A stretch of DNA of 64,000 nucleotides, taken from the NCBI GenBank assembly GCA_023205875.1, contig CP060756.1, positions 1,116,001 to 1,180,000 on the forward strand. The letters are read 5' to 3'. Both the position numbers and the translations under genes were made by a program. Origin of the DNA: Chloropicon primus. Taxonomy: Eukaryota. Positions 51,577 to 62,962 of the stretch are shown here, in pieces; the first letter of the stretch is position 1, and every line of letters starts with the position of its first letter. The notes under the pieces were generated by a model, which did no database searches, had not been told where the DNA came from, and saw only the letters and a list, made by a program, of their open reading frames with translations.

Positions 51577-51885
51577 GTCCTCCTCTTCCAATCCAGCTGC
51601 CGAGAACGCGTTGGCAAAACCACACGAGTACGCCCGCTAGAAAAACGTGAGCAGAGCGAGACGCCCTCGCTTGTGAACCCTCCTCAGTGAACCTCGCGCC
51701 GGACTTTCCTTGACTGTCGACAACTTTACTTTGTCCCCTCGCTACTCCATTCACGCAAAGTCCACCTGTCAAGTTGAGCTCGCGTCCTGTCCCTCCTTCC
51801 TCCTCTGTCGGTCTCCCAAGGCAGCCCCCGGTCCTTCCTCGACACCCTCGTTCGTCCCCCTCCCGTTCTCCCGTTCCCTCTCAGT

Positions 51886-51887
<2 letters not shown>

Positions 51888-51931
<44 letters not shown>
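51888..51931. repeat. (GT)n microsatellite
   Basis: About 22 GT units. Confidence 0.95.
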
Positions 51932-51932
<1 letters not shown>

Positions 51933-52538
51933 GTGTCCCCTGGGCGTTTGTTCCCCTCTCTGCAACTCTGCAGCTCTACGGAGATAACGGAGAGTTATCA
52001 CTTCTGTCAGTTGACGATCGCGATCGGGAACCTGGTCAGCACGACTAGTGTAAGAATTCCATCTTGGATCTTGGACACCCAACAAGGTGCAATCTTGAAT
52101 TTCGATATTCTATCGAGAAAAAAAAACAAAACCAACGGTTACCTCGTTGTAGCGTCGTATAAGGTACAAGGTGCAGGGACTTGGGACTTGGGACGTCTTC
52201 GGGCGAAGCAGGAGGAGGAGCAGAGGGCCACCTGTCAAGTTGACAGAGGAGTCTGGCGATGGAGAGAGATCTCACATGCCATTGGAAATATCGACGGGGG
52301 AAACACATGCAGCCCATCGTCGTCGTCGTTAATGTCGAGCCTTCGTGGCCTTTGGGGAGGGCACCGAGATAGTGGGGTTGCGCGGACGACCACGACTCTG
52401 GTGCGCACCGTGCTGCCTGCGGGAGGGAGCAACCAAGAGACCGCCGACGCCCCCTCGCCACGTGCCGGCACCCTGGAGGGTCTCAGGACAATCTACACTA
52501 CGAGACAGATATAGTATTCTACATGAATTGCAAGCCTT

Positions 52539-53244
52539 TTAGAACATGTTGTAGTGCTTCTTGATCGGCTCCTTCACGTCCCAGACACAAGACATGCCTT
52601 TTGGAAAGGTGACAAAGTCGCCCTTCTTGATGGAGATGGGCTCCCCCGTCGAAGGAGTCACGATGCACTCCCCCTCTGTGATGTAAGCCTCCTCGCTCTC
52701 CTCGTAAGTCCAAGGGAAGGTGGAGGCCTCGCACTCCCACGTTGGCCAGCTCTCGACCTCCCTGAGCCTCAGCACCTCCTCGAACACGGAGGGCCTCACT
52801 GCTATGTCTGCGTTCATCAGCTCAATCTGCTTTGCTTTCGCTGGCGATGGGGAACGAAGAGGAAGGGGAAAAGCGTCTTCGGCGTCAGTCACGCGAGATC
52901 GATCCCGAAGGCGTCGGGTGCGGGGGCGGGGGGGGAGGGGAGGAGCCCGGGACCGCCCACTCACCCTGCGTGGCTACAATCCTCCTCGCTTGGTGCCTGG
53001 CACCAGGCCCGCCGAGTCTTCCGTGGGAGCCCAGCTTGTAGCTACTACCGGCCATGCGCGTCGCCTGCGTGCGAGTGAGCGAGAAGCCGCGGGAGTGAGG
53101 TCAGCAAAAGAGCCCGCGCGAGCGTTTCAACACCGCCGAGAGCGTCGCCCGAGGTCCGAGGGAGAGGAAAGGCAGAGATTTTTCGCTCCTTTGCGCCCCT
53201 CGCTTCCGGGTCAGACGCAAGATGGCCCGAGAACTCACCTGCAT
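52539..53244 (-). CDS. Cupin_3/DUF861 (EutQ-like) protein, probably organelle-targeted (exons 53244-53239, 53064-52965, 52840-52539)
   Basis: WPTWECEASTFPWTY...E..YI.EG...VTP...GD.V.FPKGM...W.V....KHY. Confidence 0.82.
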
Positions 53245-53624
53245 GTTGCGTCCTGTACTTGGTAAAGGCCTTCTCACTGCCCTCCTCGTCGCCCTCTGTC
53301 GAACAAACGTCCCGCTCTCCCGCACGGTCCTCGCCCTCCTCGCCTCTTTTGCTCTTGTGGCTGGAGCTCTTCCCCACCAGAAAAAGTGCTCAGTGCTAAT
53401 CCCTTCTTATTTCCCCATGTTATCCAAAACTTGTCGGCGGGTGAGGAGGAGGATGAGATGAATATGGATATGGGGGGAGGATGGAGGAGAGGGAGACCTC
53501 CACCTCGCCGGATGCAGGAGAGGGCGGCGAGAAGACTGTCGGGACCCCGGCGTGTTACGATTTTTTCGTCGAATTTTTTATTCAGGCCGATCCGCGACTC
53601 GCAGCATCAGGGAATCATCAGGCG

Positions 53625-54834
53625 CTACTGGTCCCTGGGCAGGAGCTGCACTCGCTTTGCCAGGTCCTGCTTGTAGTAGTTCTTGTAGGTGCTGACGTGG
53701 TCCAAGATGAGCAAGCGAGGCCCGGCGGGGACGCTGACCTCGTGCAACGCGCTGTCGTTTTGGCGGAGGGAGCAGGAGAGAGGGTTCAGATGTCGGGTCA
53801 GGGTCGTGGCCAGGAGCGCGGTGTGTCCGCCGAGCAACCTACCTGTCCGTCAGCAAAGGCAGCGTCGTGTCACTCAGCATGCCCTTCCTGAAGTTCTTTT
53901 TGTACTTAATTAGTCCTAAGGTATCTAGCATTTGGTCGGTGCGAAAGTAAGCCGCGTCCACTTCGCCACCCTTCCCCCCCCCCTTGTTCTTGGAGAACTG
54001 CTTCCCGAGCTGGTAAAAGGCCCCCTGGAAGAGGGCGAACACGACCCCCGTCGAGAGCGCGTTCGGGATGGGGTTGGGGCCCCCCACGCCGCTCACCAGG
54101 GAGAACGCCGCTCCGGAGCCGAAAGATGCCGCCATGTTCCCCTTGACGTCCTCCACACCGTTCCTCAACTTCTTTATCGTCGTGCTGATCAGGGCGTGAG
54201 TTCCGGTCATGACCGCAAAGTTCCTCGCCTGAGTCGCGGGTCCACCCATCATCGTAGACATTCCGTTGTTGCCCCCAGCGAGGGGGCCGGCTGCGGCACC
54301 CCCCGGGGGCGTAGGGTTCATCTTCGACATCCCCCCCATGACTCCTCCGAGGACTCCCTGATCGTCGTCGCGTGAGGTACAAGGCGAGGCGAGGAACAAG
54401 CAGACGCAGAAAGAAGACCGCGCGGCGTCAGCAAAGCCCCGGGGGCGAGGGTAGCTCCGGATCAATCCGGTGAAGGGGAAGGACAACTTACTCCCTGCGT
54501 GGCTCCGCCAAACGTAGCGACCGCGACCTCAACGTACGGAGGCTGCTTCTTCATCCATGTCTGTTGGGAGAAACGACAAGATTACGTGAAAGAGAGTGCC
54601 GAGAGTCAGTCCTTCGAGTTCCACTCGCCGATGCCAGGGAGATCTTCACACGAGGCAGCCCCCCCCCCCGCCCCCCCCCTTCACGAACCCTCTACCCCCA
54701 CGGACGGGGCCACCTTATCCTCTCTCCACCCCCAAGCGCCTTACCTGAAGCGCCTGTCCAGCTGCCTTTTGTTTGTTCTGAACCCACACGAAAGGGTTCG
54801 TGCTTTGACTCTGCGTCGCCGCCTGTGCTGCCAT
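53625..54834 (-). CDS. PRAT (Tim17/22/23) family protein with C-terminal SAM domain, HP30/TRIC-like (exons 54834-54745, 54560-54492, 54357-53843, 53751-53625)
   Basis: QARNFAVMTG, AASFGSGAAFSLVSG, FALFQGAFY, ML..LGL.KY.KNF.KG.L.D.TLPLLTDSAL, GPRLLILDH. Confidence 0.88.
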
Positions 54835-55129
54835 GACTAATCTCCCCTCTCCCTTGCTCTCTCCCTCTCTCTCCCTCTCTCCCCTCTGTCGCTCCCCTCT
54901 GTCGCTTCACCTCTGGGCGACACCTTCGACCGCCGTCAGATCAAGGCTAGGCAAATCGCGCGCGAACTCGCCTCATGGAGTAACGGCTGAGTTGTTGTGT
55001 TGTCGCTGTGTTGCGACGAGACCAGCGGCTTTGGGCTGGCACCAGAGGGGGGACGGTCTCGTCGTCCGGAAGAGTCGTCGTCTTGCTTCGTTTCGTTTCG
55101 CTTCGTTTGTTCTTGTTCCGTCGAAGAGG

Positions 55130-56935
55130 ATGGGGTCGAAGTTGGAGCGGGAGCTGCGCGACCCCTTCAAGAAGGCTGGGTCGGACAGGATGGTGGTGTA
55201 CTCCCCCGCGGTGCTGAGGGCGGCTCTGTTCAACGCGGTGTGTACGTCTCGGGTGGAGGACGCAAAGCTGTGCGTGCAGAGGGGCGGGAACGTGGACTGG
55301 CGAGACGAGGGCGAGGGGTCGTGTGGCCTCACCACCCTTCAAGCTTCCGTCTGCGCGGAGGGGAAGACGGACGAGAAGATCGAGATGGTGAAGTACCTCC
55401 TATCCCTCAGAGTCAACATAGACGACATAGACTACGTCGAGTCGACTGCGCTGCACTTCTGCGCCGCGCTCGGGAACGGCGACCTTATCGACTTGCTCAT
55501 CAAGCGGGGGGCGAACCCGAACGTTTACGACGCGGAGGCTCTGACTCCCCTCCACTTGGCGGTGAACCAGGGGCACATGTCTTGCGTGAGAGCCCTGCTG
55601 AACAACTGGGCAAAGGTCAACCTCTCGGACACCGATGTCACGGGCCCGGGGGACGCTTACGAGGTGCATAAGATGGTGAGCGTCCCGGGGGCATCCCTCT
55701 ACATTGCGAAGAGGGGAACCCCGCTGCACGTGTGCGCGGCAACGGATAGGGCCCCCATCGCAGAGCACCTGATCGATGAGGCGGGGGCGGACGTGAACAG
55801 CCCAAAGGGGGCCCACGGGTGCACCCCCCTGCACATTGCTTGCAGGGCTGGCTTCGCCGGCATGTGCAAGCTTCTTTTGGACAAAGGATGCGACGTGAGG
55901 TCCAGGGACGACAGTGGGGAGGAGCCGTTGCACCGCTGCGTGGAGAATGGGGACATTGGGATTGCGAAGATGCTCCTGGAGAGCGGCGCGGACGCAAGTT
56001 GCGTCAACCACGCCGGCGTCACCCCGATGCACTTGGCCGCCGCGTTTGCGAGGAAGGACTTCTTCGAGCTCCTGCTGAGCCATGGGGCGGATCCGAATCA
56101 GGCCTGCACCAAAGTCTACGAGGACTGGGATGGGGGGAGGGCTCCCTTGCACTATGCCGCGCACGCCGGGGACCTGCCTGCCTTCGTCAGGCTGGTCGAT
56201 CTGGGAGCGGACCTCAGGAAGCTGTCAGGGGTTGGGTGGCCCCCGCTGTTCTATGCCGTCGAGGCAAACAACAAGGACGTCGTGGATTACATCGTTCGGA
56301 GGGACTTGGAAGAAGGAATGCACTTCGTGGCAGACAGGTCCAGGACGCCCCTGATGGTGGCAGCCATGCACAACGCGGTGGAATCGGCAGAAATACTCAT
56401 GAAAAGCTACCCCTTCACTGTGAACTGGCAGGATGAGACGGGGAGGACGGCGCTGCACTGGGCCGCGAAGAGAGCCCAGCAAGACGTGATGCAGAGGATC
56501 TTGGATTTCGGGGGGAACAAAAGCATCCGCGACAAGAACGGAGCGACGTGTGCTGACCTCTTCCCCAACCTTGTGAAGCCCCCGCCGAAGAGACAGTGGG
56601 AGGAGGAGAGAAAGGGCCCCCAAGGCGAGGCCGTGTGGAGCTACAAGAATGTCATGGAGAACACCTCTCTGAGATACCTCAAGAGGACAATGTCAGCTCG
56701 GAGAGTTCGAGAGATTGCCCACGAGAGGCAGTGCAACTGGTGCAAGAAATACTCCTTTGATGCCCTTAGGTGCGCGGCCTGCAAGAGCGTGTATTACTGC
56801 GACTCCAACTGCCAGCAGAAGGACTGGAAGGTCGGTGGCCACAGGTTCCAGTGCGTCACGAAAGGCATTCAAGACCTGGTCTCCCTGAAAGTCAAGGGCA
56901 AGAAGGGCTTGTGTATCCGAACGAGTAACCATTGA
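55130..56935 (+). CDS. Ankyrin-repeat protein with C-terminal MYND zinc finger
   Basis: Many TPLH/TALH repeats; CNWC...RCAAC....YC...CQ..DW...H...C. Confidence 0.9.
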   Translation: MGSKLERELRDPFKKAGSDRMVVYSPAVLRAALFNAVCTSRVEDAKLCVQRGGNVDWRDEGEGSCGLTTLQASVCAEGKTDEKIEMVKYLLSLRVNIDDIDYVESTALHFCAALGNGDLIDLLIKRGANPNVYDAEALTPLHLAVNQGHMSCVRALLNNWAKVNLSDTDVTGPGDAYEVHKMVSVPGASLYIAKRGTPLHVCAATDRAPIAEHLIDEAGADVNSPKGAHGCTPLHIACRAGFAGMCKLLLDKGCDVRSRDDSGEEPLHRCVENGDIGIAKMLLESGADASCVNHAGVTPMHLAAAFARKDFFELLLSHGADPNQACTKVYEDWDGGRAPLHYAAHAGDLPAFVRLVDLGADLRKLSGVGWPPLFYAVEANNKDVVDYIVRRDLEEGMHFVADRSRTPLMVAAMHNAVESAEILMKSYPFTVNWQDETGRTALHWAAKRAQQDVMQRILDFGGNKSIRDKNGATCADLFPNLVKPPPKRQWEEERKGPQGEAVWSYKNVMENTSLRYLKRTMSARRVREIAHERQCNWCKKYSFDALRCAACKSVYYCDSNCQQKDWKVGGHRFQCVTKGIQDLVSLKVKGKKGLCIRTSNH

Positions 56936-57099
56936 TAAGATCATCTGTACTCCGCGCTTACTTATTGCACGACATGTTGTATTCCCGCCACTGCAGACAG
57001 AGAACGAGGGGCATGATTGTGTCTGTGTCTCTCTCTCTGTGTGTGTGTGTGGAGAGAGAGAGAATTCACCCTTCCGTCCTCCCCCGCCTCCCGAAGACT

Positions 57100-57435
57100 T
57101 CAGTCTTGCTTGGCAACCATCTTCTCGAGCTGCTGAAGCCTCTTCTCCACGCCCCCCGCCTGTGACAAAAGTGGAACCAACCAAATCAATCGGTCAGGCC
57201 GCGGCTCGTTCGATCGACTCGCCCTGCAAACTCAACGCTCTCTCTTCGCACCCTCTCTCGCACACACGTCTCGGGCCGCACAACTTCTCCGTTGTTGGTG
57301 ACCCCTTACCTGTTCTGCCAGCATCGAGTACGAGGACTTCACGTCACTCCGTAGCTGATACACCGCGATCCCGCTCGCCAGGGCGAACCCAGCCAGAAAG
57401 GAGCTCAGCCTAGCTCTGAATATCATCGACACCAT
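57100..57435 (-). CDS. Small (61 aa) single-TM protein, probably mitochondrial (intron 57160-57309)
   Basis: MVSMIFRARLSSFLAGFALASGIAVYQLRSDV...EKRLQQLEK; canonical splice sites. Confidence 0.7.
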
Positions 57436-57711
57436 CGTCACAAGTCCTGTCCGTTCTCTCCTCTCTCCCCTCTCACTCCAAGCAACAACGCTCCTGTCGC
57501 AGGCTCGCCCTGCCCTGAACGAGAGAGAGATAGAGATCGGGACGAGGACGACGAGGAGAGGAGAGGAGAGAGGACCAGCCGTGGGATGGGTGGGTAGGAA
57601 GGGGGACGATCGAAAGGAGACCTCCAGGTCCTGAACCTCGCTTGGCCAACTTTGCTCAGGAGCGGAGCGACGAGGAAAACGTTACACAGCAGGCAGGGAT
57701 CAGTTAGCGCC

Positions 57712-59835
57712 ATGGAGGAAGGAGATGATGAGGACATGTTCGCGGGGTTTGAGAGGGACTGCTTGCCCGGGCGGACGGTGGTGGAAGTGACAAATGTGCT
57801 GGAGAGGGTGTGCGAGGCCCTCGAGGACGGGGAGATGATACACACGGAGACGTTCAGCCTCATGGAGGCGGTGAGCGCTATCGAGTTGGGGGATCCAAAG
57901 GTGGACGTGGGAACGATCCCGGAGGCGAGGAACAGCGGGACGCCGGCCGAGCTCTTCAAGGCTGGCATGGCCCCTCTGCAACTCGACTTCCGCTCGCTCC
58001 TGTCGCTCCTGGACGGGATACTTGCGAGGGAGGTGTGCTGGTACAACGGAAGTTTCATTGCGGAAACGCTCTATACCTGCCTGTACCTTCATGACATGGA
58101 TAGGCTGAGCTCGAACTCGATCCTGAAAGCGTATTGCGAGCTCACGAGGCTGACGTGCCTGAAAATCGTGTCAGTGGTGCACAGGGCGGGGATAACCGAG
58201 GAGGAGGACTTTTGCTTGGCGTACCAGGGGCTGCCCTTGCACTCGGGCGGCGATGGAGATGACCCCCAAAAATGGATGAACTTTGCTCAGGTGGTCGTCA
58301 CAAAGCTGAACAAAATTGCATCGCGAGTCGAAGGGATCACGAGCCTAAATTGCGAGGAGTTTCCCATCACGGGTCAGCTTTCCAGGGAGGACATCGAGAG
58401 CATAGCGGCTAGAATTCAGTTGCGGCACAATTACCTCCTCGTCATTAACTGCTTGGACGCGGAGAACGTGGAGGCGGAGAGGCAGCTTCTGGAGAAGGCA
58501 ATTCGGGAAGCGAGGGCGAACTTGGATGTGCTGGAGAGGACTAGCCAGGAAGTCAATGGGTGTCCGAGTCCCCCAGGCTTTGTTCGGTACTTGAACAAGG
58601 AGCACATGCCAGCGATACCGCCGAGGACGATAGAGGACATCTCCACGACTCAAGTCCTCGCGTACTATAGAAACTTCTTGGACCATGCAGAGGTGGTTGC
58701 TCAGACCACGAGTTGCAAAAACATCCTCTCCCTAGAGACGCACTTGGAAGGGCTGTCAGATAGAAACCCCGAAACGGTGATCAGGTCCTTGCAAGCCCGG
58801 CGCTGCGGGAAGCTGGCTCTCAAAGAAGTCGTCGCTTCTTCGATCGGGCTCAGTGTAAAGTACTTAGAATCGGAACCAGATCTGGCCGTCTGCTTGATAA
58901 GGTGCATGGATGTTGCGGAGGCCTACATGAAAGCTGCGTGCCACAACAAGTGCCAGCAGAACAGGAAGTTCAGGAAGGTGCTGCGCACGTTGAACGACGC
59001 CGCCAACCAGCTCGTGGCGTTTGTCGTATCTCTGCAGAACCTGTCGCAGAAGGAGGCCTCGGAAGGCAGCAAGAACGCGGAGAGAGGTCAGAATGAACTG
59101 GCTATTTCGATTGTGATCAACTGGCTGGCTTCGTTGTCCCACAGCATAGCGCTCAGGCAGCTCTTGGTGGGGTTCGATCTTGACATTTACCAGAAGACAG
59201 AGTTCTTGATGATGTACTGGTATTGCGAGAGGCTGCTAGCGCAATACATTTCTACGGTGCAGAAGTGGAATTCCCAGCTGGAGAGCATGGGCGAGATGGT
59301 GAAGATGAGCAAGGCCAAGAAGAAACACAAGAAGATGGTCGTGGTGAACGAGGATCAGGTCATGTCCAGAATTTTCGTACTCGAAAGCACGCGCCTTGCC
59401 TTCAACGGCATTGTGAGAATGCTCGCTGCTCTGGAGAAGCACGGGTTCATATCCAAAGCCGAGTTGCCATTCAATACTGAGGAGCATCTTTACGTCCAGA
59501 GGTTTTCGCATTTGTACCTCGCGAAGAGGCCGGACGAGGAGTGCTTTCCTGAGCCGTTGTGTTACGATGCTTACAAGTACGCAACAAACGTACAGGACAT
59601 GTCGCTGGAGCAGCTGTGTGAATCTGCAAAGCTCGGGTTTGGGAATGCCCTAAGATTGCTGGCCCACCTGAGGTCCACCTATGACCAGAAGCTCCCCTTG
59701 AACGAGGGCGTGGACACCCTTCAAAGGGTCTGCAAATCCAATCAGATTGCGATTGCCCTTGCGAGCAAGAATATGAAACTCAAGTGCGACTTGAGCTTGG
59801 AAAAGAGGATAGTGGTCCTCAAACTGAGGACGTGA
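57712..59835 (+). CDS. NAA35: NatC auxiliary subunit Mak10/NAA35
   Basis: FSLMEAVSAIELGDPKVD, WYNG..IAETLYTCLY, EEEDF, GF.LD.Y...E...MYWY. Confidence 0.92.
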   Translation: MEEGDDEDMFAGFERDCLPGRTVVEVTNVLERVCEALEDGEMIHTETFSLMEAVSAIELGDPKVDVGTIPEARNSGTPAELFKAGMAPLQLDFRSLLSLLDGILAREVCWYNGSFIAETLYTCLYLHDMDRLSSNSILKAYCELTRLTCLKIVSVVHRAGITEEEDFCLAYQGLPLHSGGDGDDPQKWMNFAQVVVTKLNKIASRVEGITSLNCEEFPITGQLSREDIESIAARIQLRHNYLLVINCLDAENVEAERQLLEKAIREARANLDVLERTSQEVNGCPSPPGFVRYLNKEHMPAIPPRTIEDISTTQVLAYYRNFLDHAEVVAQTTSCKNILSLETHLEGLSDRNPETVIRSLQARRCGKLALKEVVASSIGLSVKYLESEPDLAVCLIRCMDVAEAYMKAACHNKCQQNRKFRKVLRTLNDAANQLVAFVVSLQNLSQKEASEGSKNAERGQNELAISIVINWLASLSHSIALRQLLVGFDLDIYQKTEFLMMYWYCERLLAQYISTVQKWNSQLESMGEMVKMSKAKKKHKKMVVVNEDQVMSRIFVLESTRLAFNGIVRMLAALEKHGFISKAELPFNTEEHLYVQRFSHLYLAKRPDEECFPEPLCYDAYKYATNVQDMSLEQLCESAKLGFGNALRLLAHLRSTYDQKLPLNEGVDTLQRVCKSNQIAIALASKNMKLKCDLSLEKRIVVLKLRT

Positions 59836-59901
59836 TGAGCTGGGGGGATTTGTACAAACGACTAACTCTTCATTTTTATAACGATATTATTCTTTCGAAG
59901 C

Positions 59902-60984
59902 TCAAGCCAAATTCGAGTAACCCAGCTTCAACGTGCTCGAGTTGATCTCTACTGGCGCATTTTTGTACACCTTTCCAGAAGCCGTGTCGACAAACTCCGA
60001 GGATTCCTTGACCGAGCTGTATCTTTCCTCGTAGATATAGTTCTGGCCTAGCCTGATGACTCTGAGCGTCGGGGCATCGTTGTTGCTGAGAGCGTCCAAA
60101 ATCGCGATGAAGCCCGAGTCCGTGATTCCGTTGCCGTTGAGATCAAGTTCCTCGATATTCAAATGCCCTATGAATTCTGCGATGAGCAAAGCCCCCTCAT
60201 CTTGAATCCCGTTCCAGCCCAAGTTTAACGAATTCAGGGTCCCGTCCTGACTCAGGCTCTTCAAAAGATCTCCGCACCCCCTTCCCTTGAGCGTGTTCCA
60301 GCTGAGATCAAGACTCTGAAGATGCATGTTGTGAGAGCTCAGGAAATCGCAAAGCACAACCGAGCTCTTCCCCGTCAAGAAGTTGCGACTGAGGTTCAAG
60401 GACTTTATCGAGGTGTTGTGCTCAAGCGCGCTCAGGATGCACTTCGCACTCTTATCCGTCAACCTGTTGTTCGACAGGTTGAGCTCCTCGATGCGGCAAG
60501 TCTTCTCCAGCAAGAACCGACTCAGTGCCTTGCAACCTCGAGAGCCAATCTTGTTGCTACTCAGGTTGACGGATTTGATCGTTTTGTTTCCGCTCAAAAT
60601 ATGAAAGAAGTCGTCGAGTCCGCCGCTGTCCGTGATATTGTTGCTCTCCAAGCTGATGTCCTCGACGCTCTTGTTCACTTGCAGTGCGTGGGCCAAAGCC
60701 CGAAGGCCGTTCCTCGATATTCCATAGTGGTTCACGGGAACCGAAGAACCGTTCAGGTACTTGAGAATCTGCGAGACGGGCGTCGTGTGCAGCTTCTCGC
60801 ACCAGTACAGGTAGCGCAACTTCCCGTCCGTGTCGTCCACGAGGTTCCCGTCGTTGAACATCTGAACATCGTCATCCTCGTTCTCCTCGCGCACTTCGAC
60901 CACGTCGTTCTCGCTTATGCTCTCCACGCCCACCTCCTCCACCTGGACCTCCATGACACTGTCTTCCGCCGAGTCCCCCAGCAT
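59902..60984 (-). CDS. RI-like leucine-rich repeat protein (LRRC74-like)
   Basis: Repeated L.L..N.I/L...G units; Y...C..L...PVS N-cap. Confidence 0.8.
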   Translation of the reverse strand: MLGDSAEDSVMEVQVEEVGVESISENDVVEVREENEDDDVQMFNDGNLVDDTDGKLRYLYWCEKLHTTPVSQILKYLNGSSVPVNHYGISRNGLRALAHALQVNKSVEDISLESNNITDSGGLDDFFHILSGNKTIKSVNLSSNKIGSRGCKALSRFLLEKTCRIEELNLSNNRLTDKSAKCILSALEHNTSIKSLNLSRNFLTGKSSVVLCDFLSSHNMHLQSLDLSWNTLKGRGCGDLLKSLSQDGTLNSLNLGWNGIQDEGALLIAEFIGHLNIEELDLNGNGITDSGFIAILDALSNNDAPTLRVIRLGQNYIYEERYSSVKESSEFVDTASGKVYKNAPVEINSSTLKLGYSNLA

Positions 60985-61456
60985 CGTTCGTTCGCTTGCC
61001 TCCCTTCCTTTCTCCTCCCCTTCCTCCTCCTCCTCGCCCCGCCCCCTCGGTTCCGTTCTCGCCCTCCGTTTGGCCTTCCTTCCTCCTCGGTCGTCCAAGC
61101 AAGATTCCACCTTTCCTTCCCCTCTCTCCCCACAACGCGGTCTCCTCCCGGTCTCGTGTCCTCTCCTCCTTCGCCTCGCTCCCTGGTGTCCTCCTGTCCT
61201 GACCTTTGGTTTCGCTGGTCCCCTCGGTTCCCCTCCCTCTCTCAAGCCGTTATCGTACAGCAACAGCAAGATTCTCACACGGATACAACGGGAAAAAAAA
61301 ATAAACTGTGGCTGGGCGATGAGCAATGCAAATAGGGTTGGGTTGCGCAAGAAGAGTCAGGGCGTGAGAACCGCCGATGTCAAGAGAAACCGACCCGAAA
61401 AAGAATTTATTATATCGATGCTGCTGCTGCTCGAACACTTGGGGTCGCCACGCAAG

Positions 61457-62488
<1,032 letters not shown>

Positions 62489-62962
62489 TTATAACACACT
62501 CTTTCTCCTTCTTCGATGTGACGTGACACACCCTTCGTTCGCTTCCTGCTTCTGTCGCAGCGTTCGTTCTTCAGTCTCTCTTCCCTTGAGCTGAGATCGG
62601 CTTGGTCGAGGCGGCTTCCCCTGGAGGGAGGGATCCCGGAAAAGTAATTGGGAAGGAGGAGAGAGGAGAGGAGAGGAGAGGAGAGGAGGGAAGGGAAACA
62701 GTTGTTCCGTAGCATGACCCTGAAGTCCAGGGTGGAGTGGGAGGGAAGGGTTGCTTGCCAAAAAACAACAACTTGTCCTTTCTCGTGTTGGTGTGGAGGA
62801 GAGGAGAGACACCGATGTTGCATGTGTTTTGTGTTTCGTTAAGTAAAGGCCAAGGAGGTCTCTCTCTTCATCAAGATCCAGGAGGGAGGAGGGGAGAGGA
62901 GAAGGGGAGGAAGGGTGGTCCCGCTCTCTGCTCTGCTCTGCTTTGCTCTGCTTGTGGCAAAG

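Noticed and set aside
51695..51712. Minus-strand AGGAAAGTCCGG resembling RNase P RNA CR-I
   Set aside because: No matching CR-V/P4 partner seen downstream, and that region is protein-coding
51774..52514. 246-aa plus-strand ORF
   Set aside because: Non-ATG start, runs through a (GT)n tract, atypical composition
53045..53461. Short ORFs 53045-53377 (-) and 53222-53461 (+)
   Set aside because: Better explained as the 5'UTR, micro-exon and first intron of the cupin gene
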